The notes: a model not told the origin generated them from the letters alone. DNA of 12,331 nt from Bacteriovoracaceae bacterium (GCA_041586955.1 JBFGZE010000090.1:1-12331), one strand, 5' to 3'. Shown: positions 1-7,587, counted from the first letter of the stretch. Made by a program: numbers and translations.

Positions 1-1
1 G

Positions 2-109
2 ATGAGTGATGCCGAGGAGATGAAGGCTTTCACGGAGCTGCAGTGGTCCTATGTCATGGAAACAGCGGAACAGCTTGCCGTAGAGGATCCCTCCGAGCAT
101 CAGCGCTGA
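2..109 (+). other. Possible 3' end of a CDS entering from the left (MSDAEEMKAFTELQWSYVMETAEQLAVEDPSEHQR*), or a structured non-coding element
   Basis: Frame 2 is open from the window edge to TGA 107-109 and is followed by a bidirectional terminator. However, 1-120 is 54% GC (65/120, manual count) and 7-102 folds into a long imperfect hairpin, so it may be non-coding. Confidence 0.3.
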
Positions 110-163
110 AAACTTCGACACCCATCACGAGCAAAAATGTTAAGTGCCCATGAGGACAACGAA

Positions 164-198
164 TAAAAAAAAGGCCCGCTAAGCGGGCCTTTTTTTTA
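164..198. terminator. Bidirectional rho-independent terminator
   Basis: Perfect palindrome T-A8-GGCCCGC-TAA-GCGGGCC-T8-A with a U-tract on both strands; 7 nt beyond the stop (206) of the minus-strand operon. Confidence 0.92.
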
Positions 199-205
199 AC
201 TTAAA

Positions 206-820
206 TTAATCTATAATAAGAACATCAGGAATTTCATTTTTATCATCATCCTCTCGTGGGAAAGACTCTTTTAAGCTTTTGCCACAGCTTTCAATCGCAG
301 CAATAATCCCCTCAACGGCCTTTCCTTCCTTTAAATGACCAATCAGGGTTTGAACAAGATCATTCCAATAATTTTTTTCAACCTTTTCATTAATTCCACA
401 ATCGGCCAGGACTTCTACTTTTCGTTCGAGAAGAGAGATAAAGATCATAATTCCTGTTCGACCTTTAGTCATCGAAACCTTATTCTCATGAAAGATCTGA
501 ATCGCTCGTTGGTGAACTTCTTCCTGCATTTCAGCATTAGTTGTAAATAGCCTTTTAAGAGCAGGTATATAGGCCAATAAAAATCCAACGATCATTCCAG
601 GTACTTGACTCCAAATCAGGATAATCGGATCATTAAAGTCATAATTATAATAAGTCATAATCGCAAATAAAATACTCACGATTAAGGCCAATCTAAAATG
701 AGCGACAGGGTAGAAATCAGACTTTCTAAGGATAACAGGTACAACCTCTCCTGAAGTATGCGATTCTGCCTCTTTGATGGCCTCATTAATTAACAGGGTT
801 TCTTTTTCATTAATTTCCAT
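206..820 (-). CDS. TPM-domain (DUF477-like) membrane protein, third gene of the lemA operon
   Basis: AIKEAESHTSGEVV, two TM segments, TGIMIFISLLERKVEVLADCGI, C-terminal DDKNEIPD. ATG at 820 overlaps the upstream TAA (TAATG), so it is preferred over the ORF-track start at 826. Confidence 0.88.
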   Translation of the reverse strand: MEINEKETLLINEAIKEAESHTSGEVVPVILRKSDFYPVAHFRLALIVSILFAIMTYYNYDFNDPIILIWSQVPGMIVGFLLAYIPALKRLFTTNAEMQEEVHQRAIQIFHENKVSMTKGRTGIMIFISLLERKVEVLADCGINEKVEKNYWNDLVQTLIGHLKEGKAVEGIIAAIESCGKSLKESFPREDDDKNEIPDVLIID

Positions 821-1536
821 TACCAATCTCCACTTGCACCGCCACCGGAAAACCCGCCACCGCTACCAAAACTACCACCGGAGTAACCGCTTCCGCCACG
901 ACTAGAATAACCACCTCTGCCCATAGAACTTCCAAGAAGCAAGCCGGCCAAAAGCCCTCCAGCACTTCCACCTCTAAAGAGAAGTAAGAGAATAATCACC
1001 ACGATAATGAGAAGACCTGAACTGCCCCGTCCCGATCTCCTCTGCTTGGCACGGGGAGCATTATGAAGAGTGCCACCAGTTTTTTCGATAATCTGGGTCA
1101 GTCCTAGAATAATTCCCGATTTATAATCACCATTTTTAAAGTGGGGCCGCATTGAACGGATTATTCGTCCAGTGGTTATATCGGGAAGAACTCCCTCTAA
1201 CCCACGGCCGACTTCAATTCGCATCTTCCTCTCTTTAGCGGCGATTAACATGAGAACGCCATTATCTTTTCCTTCTTGACCAAGCTTCCATTGATCGACA
1301 ACTTTTATGGAATAACCATCAATATTCTCTCCTTCTAGAGAGTCGACCGTTAAAACGACAATTTCATTTGTTGTTTGATTTTTGATATCAAAAAGAGTGC
1401 GCGCCAAGGCACTTCTCACCTTTGGCGATAAGAGACCCGCCTGATCGACAACAGGACCTCTTAAAGCGGGAACATCTTTCGCAAATAAACTTCCCATTAA
1501 AAAACAAGTGAAAAACGAGACCAATATAGTTTTCAT
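820..1536 (-). CDS. TPM-domain (YgcG-like) protein with signal peptide, TM helix and Gly-rich tail
   Basis: VVDQAGLLS, WKLGQEGKDNGVLMLIA, RIEVGRGLEGVLPD, terminal GGGFSGGGASGDW. ATG at 1536 lies 1 nt past the lemA stop (ORF track starts at 1566). Confidence 0.9.
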   Translation of the reverse strand: MKTILVSFFTCFLMGSLFAKDVPALRGPVVDQAGLLSPKVRSALARTLFDIKNQTTNEIVVLTVDSLEGENIDGYSIKVVDQWKLGQEGKDNGVLMLIAAKERKMRIEVGRGLEGVLPDITTGRIIRSMRPHFKNGDYKSGIILGLTQIIEKTGGTLHNAPRAKQRRSGRGSSGLLIIVVIILLLLFRGGSAGGLLAGLLLGSSMGRGGYSSRGGSGYSGGSFGSGGGFSGGGASGDW

Positions 1537-1537
1537 A

Positions 1538-2113
1538 TTAGAACTTAACCGCAGGAGCGTTTTCAACTTCTTTTAAGTTAGTAACTTGAAATTGGGGCTT
1601 CTTTTCATGTTTCAAAAAAATTGAATTATACCAAGATGTTGGCGGAACAGTGATCAAGTTATTAAAGGTCTTAATCGATTCAATATAACGGTTGCGGGCA
1701 ACAGTAATTCGGTTCTCAGTACCCTCTAATTGAACTTGAAGATCTCTAAAGTTGCTATTGGCCTTGAGGTCGGGGTATTTTTCAACGACCACCATTAAAC
1801 GACCAAGTGCTGACGAGAGGCCTCCCTGCGCCTGTGAGAACTTTTCCATACTCTCTTTATTTAGGTTTTCAGGATTGATATTTACTGAAGTTGCCTTAGC
1901 GCGAGCTTCGACAACCGCTTGTAAAGTATCCTTTTCATGACTAGCGTAACCTTTTACTGTGGAGACTAAATTCGGTATTAAATCACTCCGTCTTTTATAT
2001 TGGTTTTGAACTTCCGCCCATTTTGCTTCAACTTCATTAAGACTCTTGGGAATACTTTGCATGCCACAAGACGTTAAAAAAACAATAAAAAAACCTAAGA
2101 TTAAACTCTTCAT
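1538..2113 (-). CDS. lemA: LemA family protein (probable lipoprotein)
   Basis: QYKRRSDLIPNLVSTVKGYASHE, EKYPDLKANSNF, LEGTENRITVARNRY; lipobox-like LTSC; GAGGA SD upstream. Confidence 0.95.
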   Translation of the reverse strand: MKSLILGFFIVFLTSCGMQSIPKSLNEVEAKWAEVQNQYKRRSDLIPNLVSTVKGYASHEKDTLQAVVEARAKATSVNINPENLNKESMEKFSQAQGGLSSALGRLMVVVEKYPDLKANSNFRDLQVQLEGTENRITVARNRYIESIKTFNNLITVPPTSWYNSIFLKHEKKPQFQVTNLKEVENAPAVKF

Positions 2114-2163
2114 TCACATCCTCTCTGTCATAATCGACAACATTTTTAACACCCGTCATTATA

Positions 2164-2190
2164 GGTATTGGATTATTAATTAACAATACC
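2164..2190. promoter_or_regulatory. Candidate operator (7-bp inverted repeat) in the divergent lemA/dsbB spacer
   Basis: GGTATTG (2164-2170) N13 CAATACC (2184-2190). TTGACA at 2208-2213 on the + strand, without a convincing -10. Confidence 0.3.
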
Positions 2191-2252
2191 AAAACAAAGG
2201 CGGTAAATTGACAAGAGATTGTTAAATCTTGAGCAATGGAGCATTTTAGACT

Positions 2253-2705
2253 ATGCTTATGCACATTATGAAGGAATCTTTCAGCGACAACCCACGTGCC
2301 TGGGCCCTCATTTTTGCTGCTTGGCTAATTGCTTGTATCGCAACTGGCGGCAGTCTATTTTTTAGTGAAGTGATGGCATTTTCGCCCTGTGTTCTTTGTT
2401 GGTACCAACGAATTGCCATGTATCCGCTGGTTTTAATTCTCCTAGTAGGAATGTTTCCTATCAATCGCCAAACTTTTAAATTTTCAATACCTTTAGTCGG
2501 AATTGGCTGGTTACTTGCTCTTTATCATAACCTTCTTCATTACGAAATTGTGCCAGAGTCGGCATCGCCTTGCCGTGAGGGCGTCTCCTGTGCCACAATC
2601 TGGTTAGATTGGCTGGGATTTATCACCATTCCTCTCATGTCATTCGTGGCCTTCACCATCATAGGCCTACTTTTAATCATCTTTTATAGGAAATACTGTC
2701 GATGA
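2253..2705 (+). CDS. dsbB: Disulfide bond formation protein B (short BdbC-like DsbB)
   Basis: PCVLCWYQRIAMYP motif, second Cys pair C-REGVS-C, GFITIPLMS, four hydrophobic segments. Start could be 2259 or 2268. Confidence 0.92.
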   Translation: MLMHIMKESFSDNPRAWALIFAAWLIACIATGGSLFFSEVMAFSPCVLCWYQRIAMYPLVLILLVGMFPINRQTFKFSIPLVGIGWLLALYHNLLHYEIVPESASPCREGVSCATIWLDWLGFITIPLMSFVAFTIIGLLLIIFYRKYCR

Positions 2706-3349
2706 AAGCTCAAAAGTCTATTATTGCCGTTGCTGGCCTAACATTGATTATCCTCTTTGCAGTCGGTAATTATCTTTTTAAAGTGGACCAAAAAAAGAAA
2801 TTAGGATTCCTCGCCCATAAGAACTTTCAAACCTTTGTCAGAGATTATTCCCCTACTTTAGGCCCTGATGATGCCAAGGTGGTCTTGGTCGAATTTCTTG
2901 ACCCAGAATGTGAGAGCTGTCGCGCCTTTTACCCCTTTGTTAAAAAGATCATGGCCGACCACCCCAATAAGATTAAACTTGTTGTGCGCTATATGCCCTT
3001 TCATGGCAATTCAAAAATGGTAATCCGTATTCTCGAAGCCGCTCGTAAGCAGGGAAAATACTGGGAAACATTAGAAACTCTTTTTTATTACCAACCCAAA
3101 TGGGGTAGTCACCATCACCCAAGGCCGGAGCTTATCTGGGAAGTTCTACCGGAAGTTGGTCTTAACATCGAACAATTAAAATCTGAAATGACCAACCCAT
3201 CCTTTGACAAAATCATTGAACAAGACTTTGCCGATGGGAAAACTCTTCAAGTACGCGCGACTCCCACCTTTTTTATCAATGGCAAGGCACTAGAACAATT
3301 TGGTTATCAGCAATTAGAAGACGCCATCAAAAAGGCCATCGCCGAATAA
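2702..3349 (+). CDS. dsbA: DsbA-family thiol-disulfide oxidoreductase (BdbD-like, N-terminal membrane anchor)
   Basis: VEFLDPECESC (CxxC), cis-Pro motif ATPTFFING, N-terminal hydrophobic anchor; ATGA overlap with dsbB. Confidence 0.88.
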   Translation: MKAQKSIIAVAGLTLIILFAVGNYLFKVDQKKKLGFLAHKNFQTFVRDYSPTLGPDDAKVVLVEFLDPECESCRAFYPFVKKIMADHPNKIKLVVRYMPFHGNSKMVIRILEAARKQGKYWETLETLFYYQPKWGSHHHPRPELIWEVLPEVGLNIEQLKSEMTNPSFDKIIEQDFADGKTLQVRATPTFFINGKALEQFGYQQLEDAIKKAIAE

Positions 3350-3352
3350 AGG

Positions 3353-3532
3353 TTTATCGATAAACTTCCACCTTTAAAGGAATCGAGATCCTTACCCAAC
3401 TCTTAAATGACGAGGAAACCAAGAATCTCAAAGAAAGTGTCACACAAAAACGTCGCCATACTCCTTGAAATGAAAGCCTTTATTTCAAAACCATAACTAT
3501 TCAATGCCATAGGAGACGTGGTACTTTTTTGA
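3353..3532 (+). pseudogene. Decayed response-regulator receiver (REC) domain remnant
   Basis: Joining frames gives FIDKLP / KGIEILTQLLNDEETKNLK / NVAILLEMKAFISKP*LFNAIGDVVLF*, matching the REC order D-x-x-LP...G-x-E...F-I-x-KP + alpha5. Needs two frameshifts and has an internal TAA at 3494-3496. Confidence 0.55.
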
Positions 3533-3555
3533 AATCCATTCCAAAGAGAAAAGAA

Positions 3556-4533
3556 ATGACCCAAAAAGAAAAAACGGGACTCCACCCCCGTAATATTCAT
3601 CGCAAACAATATGATTTTGAAACACTCAAGTCTGAGACTCCCGAACTGGCGCCTTTTGTAACAATCAAAAATAAGTCGGGTGATCTCACTATTGACTTTG
3701 CCAATCCTGCCGCGGTGATCGCTCTCAACAAGGCGCTCCTTGGCCATTTTTATCAAATAAAAAATTGGGAGCTACCTTCCGGAAACCTCTGCCCTCCTAT
3801 TCCCAGTCGAGCAGATTATATTCACTATATGGCGGATATTCTCGCCGCTTCTAATGAAGGCGAAATCCCCAAGGGCCATCACATAACGGGGCTCGACATC
3901 GGCACAGGTGCTGTTTGTGTTTACCCCATCCTCGGTCACCAGATTTATGGCTGGAAATTTATCGCTGCAGATATTGACCGTGACTCCATAAAGTCATCTC
4001 AAGCGATCATTAAGTCTAATCGAGTGATACGCGGTAAAATTCAATGCCGCTTACAAAAATCAGCTGATCATATTTTTACCGATATGATACACAGTCATGA
4101 CCGGTTTGATTTCTCTGTTTGTAATCCTCCTTTTCATAATTCTTTAGAGGAAGCAAAGTCAGGTACTGCTCGCAAGATCCATAACCTAGAATTAAATGCT
4201 AAAAAAAGAGGAAATAAGAAAACAATTACCGCGAAACCAATCTTAAATTTTGGTGGCCAGGAATCAGAACTCACCTACCCAGGGGGTGAACTTGATTTTA
4301 TTAAACGGATGATTCGTGAAAGCGCCCTCAAGGGAAATAATTGTTTTTGGTTTTCAACTTTAGTCTCAAAGAAAGACAATCTTCCTGAAATTTATAAGAC
4401 ACTCAAAGAAGTAAAAGTAGTTAATTCCCAAACCATCCAAATGCAACAAGGTCAAAAGATCGGCCGTATCGTTGCCTGGACATTTCTCACGAAAGAACAA
4501 CAAAAGGACTGGCGAGATAGTCGCTGGGCCTGA
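3556..4533 (+). CDS. rlmF: 23S rRNA (adenine1618-N6)-methyltransferase RlmF
   Basis: GLHPRNIH, IDFANP, LCPPIPSRADYIH, LDIGTGA (SAM binding), CNPPFH, LNFGGQ, WFSTLVSK. ATG 3556 fits the usual RlmF N-terminus; TTG 3529 is an alternative start. Confidence 0.96.
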   Translation: MTQKEKTGLHPRNIHRKQYDFETLKSETPELAPFVTIKNKSGDLTIDFANPAAVIALNKALLGHFYQIKNWELPSGNLCPPIPSRADYIHYMADILAASNEGEIPKGHHITGLDIGTGAVCVYPILGHQIYGWKFIAADIDRDSIKSSQAIIKSNRVIRGKIQCRLQKSADHIFTDMIHSHDRFDFSVCNPPFHNSLEEAKSGTARKIHNLELNAKKRGNKKTITAKPILNFGGQESELTYPGGELDFIKRMIRESALKGNNCFWFSTLVSKKDNLPEIYKTLKEVKVVNSQTIQMQQGQKIGRIVAWTFLTKEQQKDWRDSRWA

Positions 4534-4608
4534 AATCATTAGTTAAAATTAAAAAATTTCACGGCCTCTCTAATTCTATTGAGTGCAATGAGATTATTCA
4601 GAAACCCT

Positions 4609-4830
4609 TCATTTTTTTTTCGGCGTTTTAAGGTAGAGGCGCTCAACTTTTTTTCGCGCCCAGGGGGTTCTGCGCAAAAACTTTAGGCTGGAACTAATGC
4701 TGGGGTCATCGATAAAGCATCGAATTTTTATTCGTTGCCCTAGCTCCTCAAAACCATAATGCTCAATGAGGTCAGTCAGTATCGCCTTGAGGGTAATACC
4801 ATGTAAGGGATCGCTTGTTTTATCGTTCAT
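4609..4830 (-). CDS. VF530 / DUF2132 family small basic protein
   Basis: DPLHGITL...YGFEELG...[26 protein letters not shown] signature; GAGGAG SD. Confidence 0.92.
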   Translation of the reverse strand: MNDKTSDPLHGITLKAILTDLIEHYGFEELGQRIKIRCFIDDPSISSSLKFLRRTPWARKKVERLYLKTPKKK

Positions 4831-4908
4831 AGGCTCCTCTATTATGTTGTATTACTTAGACTAGATAACGCTCATTGTAAAACAAAGAAATACTTTCCGA
4901 TAGTTACT

Positions 4909-5054
4909 CCTTTCTAGGTCGCAACCTCGTGCGCAACGCCAAACACGCAGACGATTACAAGCGCCGGGTTAGCATTAACTCTATTTAAGATAGTGTTCGG
5001 CAACACAATGAATCAGACAATAATACCGAGCACCCGGGAAACGACCTCCTTTCT
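4909..5054. other. GC-rich intergenic island with short terminal inverted repeats and a flanking direct repeat (MITE-like or structured element; alternatively part of an RDD-family relic)
   Basis: AGGTCG (4916-4921) / CGACCT (5042-5047), flanked by CCTTTCT at 4909-4915 and 5048-5054; 49% GC against 27-33% in the flanks (manual count). Confidence 0.3.
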
Positions 5055-5170
5055 CTCTAATGCCTCTTATTTAATGATAAAAATCAAGTTTAAACCTGGT
5101 TTTTAATATGGGCGAGGAATCCACAAGCAGGTTTACTGTTGCTGCTAATAAATCTGAACAAGAGAAATTT

Positions 5171-6754
5171 ATGGAAAAATTAAATCTCACGCTACTGACC
5201 CTTTTGACAGCAATGTCTTTCAATACCTTTGCAAGTGACAGCTGGCTGCAACAGTCGCTTGATCAATATAAACAAAACCCCAAGGAATTTCTCAACACTC
5301 TTCCCGCTAAGACTAATGGCCTAGGCGAACCGCTCCCGCCTTCTGACAATCAATGGTTTAGCCCCGACGAAATTGAAAATGGAAGTTTTATCAATCAAAA
5401 AAACAAGTGGCGGGCAAGTATTATTCCCCCAAAAAGAGGCCGGGGTGAAAAGTCTCTTCCAGGAGAGAATGACCGCGTTGAAAATTTTCTTGCCAGTTAT
5501 ACCTATATTAATAACCTCGCTGAGATGGAGGCCCAAGGTCTCATTAAAGGTGCCGTCGACACCAGGCCATGGTCCGATGATTATTGGCCCATTTATAAAG
5601 GAATTTTAGGCAATCGTTATGGAGACTCTGAATTCAATTATTACGAAGCATGGGATGAATTTCATAATTACGTTATTGAAAGGCCTATCAAAAAATTATT
5701 GGGATCAAATAACCCTCGCGACCTCGACAAATTATCACCGTCGGAAAAATATGATCTCCTGCTTGGTGCAGACGCCAAAATCCTCACTGATAGAATGTGG
5801 GCCGAAGGGAAATATTATTTTGATGCCAATGGAGAAGTAGAATCCTGGATGGGCATCTGCCACGGCTGGGCACCGGCTTCCTATATGATGGAACGGCCGC
5901 TCAATAAAATTTTTCTGCCATCGTTCGATGGGAAATACAAAATTCCTTTCTACCCCGCAGATATTAAAGCGCTCGCCTCCTTATTATGGGCCAAGGTTCA
6001 AACTCCCGTTCGTTTTCTGGGGGGACGCTGTAATGAAAAAGAACCGGAAACCGATGAGAACGGTCGTATCATCCTCAAAGACTGTCTAGATAGTAACCCC
6101 GCGACCTGGCACTTGGCGGTTATCAATCGTTTAGGAAAAGAGAAACTCAGTTTTGTGATCGATGCGACTTATGATTATGAAGTATGGAATCAGCCTGTGA
6201 TATCCTATGAGTATGCCTATTTCAATCCTAAAACAATGAAAGAAACTGATGATTTATCCGAGGCAAAAATCGCCTTGAGCGATTACCCGCTCGATAAATT
6301 TAAAAAGCATCGTGGAAAAAAAACTAAATATATTGTTGGTGTAGGCATGAGACTCACCTACGGGGCGGAAACCAGTCCCCGCCTTATTCCCCGAGATGAT
6401 GATAGTTTTGATTTAGATAAGAGCGTTTATTATGTTTACGATTTAGAATTAGATGCGAATGAAAATATCATCGGAGGAGAATGGTATCAGAATTATCACC
6501 CCGATTTTATGTGGACTCCTCCTGCTGGCACTAAAGCACTCACCTTTATGGACTATGAGCTCTTAGGAAGCCCATTATGGGATGGCAAAAAGCCTCTCCC
6601 AAAAAGATGGATAGAAGGGGCCAAATTTATGGCCAATTCTGGAACTCCCCTCGCTAAAATTGTCGAAAGCTTAATTCAAATCAGCCGCCAGGAGGTATCC
6701 TTCGCAAGTGAAGAAAATATTGAAAACAATGAATCTATATCTATAAACAATTAG
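5171..6754 (+). CDS. Secreted transglutaminase-elicitor (Phytophthora GP42-like, TGase_elicitor family) protein
   Basis: Signal peptide (MEKLNLTLL...NTFA). Motifs PWSDDYWP, LSPSEKYD, ESWMGICHGWAPAS (Cys-His at 5858-5863), FYPADIKAL, DSNPATWH, SFVID...EVWNQPV, Y.LELD...IIGGEW...HPDFMW. Start 5171 is preferred over 5108 because it puts the signal peptide at the N-terminus. Confidence 0.85.
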   Translation: MEKLNLTLLTLLTAMSFNTFASDSWLQQSLDQYKQNPKEFLNTLPAKTNGLGEPLPPSDNQWFSPDEIENGSFINQKNKWRASIIPPKRGRGEKSLPGENDRVENFLASYTYINNLAEMEAQGLIKGAVDTRPWSDDYWPIYKGILGNRYGDSEFNYYEAWDEFHNYVIERPIKKLLGSNNPRDLDKLSPSEKYDLLLGADAKILTDRMWAEGKYYFDANGEVESWMGICHGWAPASYMMERPLNKIFLPSFDGKYKIPFYPADIKALASLLWAKVQTPVRFLGGRCNEKEPETDENGRIILKDCLDSNPATWHLAVINRLGKEKLSFVIDATYDYEVWNQPVISYEYAYFNPKTMKETDDLSEAKIALSDYPLDKFKKHRGKKTKYIVGVGMRLTYGAETSPRLIPRDDDSFDLDKSVYYVYDLELDANENIIGGEWYQNYHPDFMWTPPAGTKALTFMDYELLGSPLWDGKKPLPKRWIEGAKFMANSGTPLAKIVESLIQISRQEVSFASEENIENNESISINN

Positions 6755-6763
6755 GAGAAGCCC

Positions 6764-7573
6764 ATGTCCCGCAAACAACTTCTTATTATTATACAAATGG
6801 CGCTACTAACGTCGCTTTCACCCTTGGCCAAGGCCTTGCCCCAAAAAGAAATAGGAGCAAAAAATGTTTTCGTAATCCCCGAAGGATTTGATGATAACGA
6901 TAATATTCAAATTGTAGTGGATGGCACCTTACCCAACGTTTGTTATAAGTTGGCAAACCCTAAAGTTAATTTCAAAAAAGAACAAAAATTAATTCAGGTC
7001 ATCCCTTATGCACATATCAAAAAAATTGAGGAATGTAGTAAAGGTATGACCGACCAACTCGATGATTATCTCAATTGGCCGCTGCCCTACTCCAAGGTCA
7101 TTAATTTAGGTCAATTGGCGGCTGGTGACTATACCGTTCAATACAAGGACAAAAATACTGCCTGGAAAAACAAAGGCTTTAAAGTAGGAAAAGCATCCAC
7201 AGAAACAACAGATGATTATTTATACGCGCCTATTTCCAATGTTTTTACACCTGAAACATTTGAGCAAAACAATGAGGGGAAATTAATACTGACAGGAGTG
7301 ATAGGATCAAGTTGCCTTGAGTTATTTGACCAAGATATTAAAGTAATCAAGTATGGCAATGTTTTTGTCGTTCTCCCTATTCTCAAAGTGCTCTCCACTG
7401 GGCCTTGTCAGAAAGTCATAAGGCCAATTCATAAAATTATTTCGCTTGGGTCGCTAAAAGAAGGTCGCTATCTTATCCATGTGAGAAGCATGACTGGTCA
7501 ATCGATTAATAAAACCTTTACCGTTTTAAAGGAAAGGATCAATCCAAGGTCAAATATGGGCCAATTCCAATAA
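6764..7573 (+). CDS. Secreted protein of unknown function with two tandem homologous beta-rich domains, each with a Cys pair
   Basis: Signal peptide ending PLAKA; AGGAG SD overlapping the upstream stop; internal repeat NVFVIPEGF...C...C...KVINLGQLAAGDY vs NVFTPETF...C...C...KIISLGSLKEGRY. Confidence 0.8.
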   Translation: MSRKQLLIIIQMALLTSLSPLAKALPQKEIGAKNVFVIPEGFDDNDNIQIVVDGTLPNVCYKLANPKVNFKKEQKLIQVIPYAHIKKIEECSKGMTDQLDDYLNWPLPYSKVINLGQLAAGDYTVQYKDKNTAWKNKGFKVGKASTETTDDYLYAPISNVFTPETFEQNNEGKLILTGVIGSSCLELFDQDIKVIKYGNVFVVLPILKVLSTGPCQKVIRPIHKIISLGSLKEGRYLIHVRSMTGQSINKTFTVLKERINPRSNMGQFQ

Positions 7574-7587
7574 GAGGTCCGTTTTAG

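Noticed and set aside
820..975. GC-rich low-complexity CCACC/CCGCC repeats
   Set aside because: They encode the standard Gly/Ser-rich tail of YgcG-like TPM proteins; not a DNA repeat element.
335..2464. ORF-track entries 335..550 +, 1752..1940 +, 2037..2264 -, 2246..2464 -
   Set aside because: Antisense or off-frame shadows overlapping the well-supported TPM, lemA and dsbB genes; no recognisable motifs.
3403..3756. 117-aa minus-strand ORF
   Set aside because: Antisense to rlmF and to the receiver-domain relic; no family signature.
4895..5050. Resemblance to yybP-ykoY (AAGGAGTAAC on minus), guanidine-I (TTTCTAGG...CCCGGGA) or 6S RNA
   Set aside because: Only isolated fragments match; the other conserved core motifs are missing or in the wrong order.
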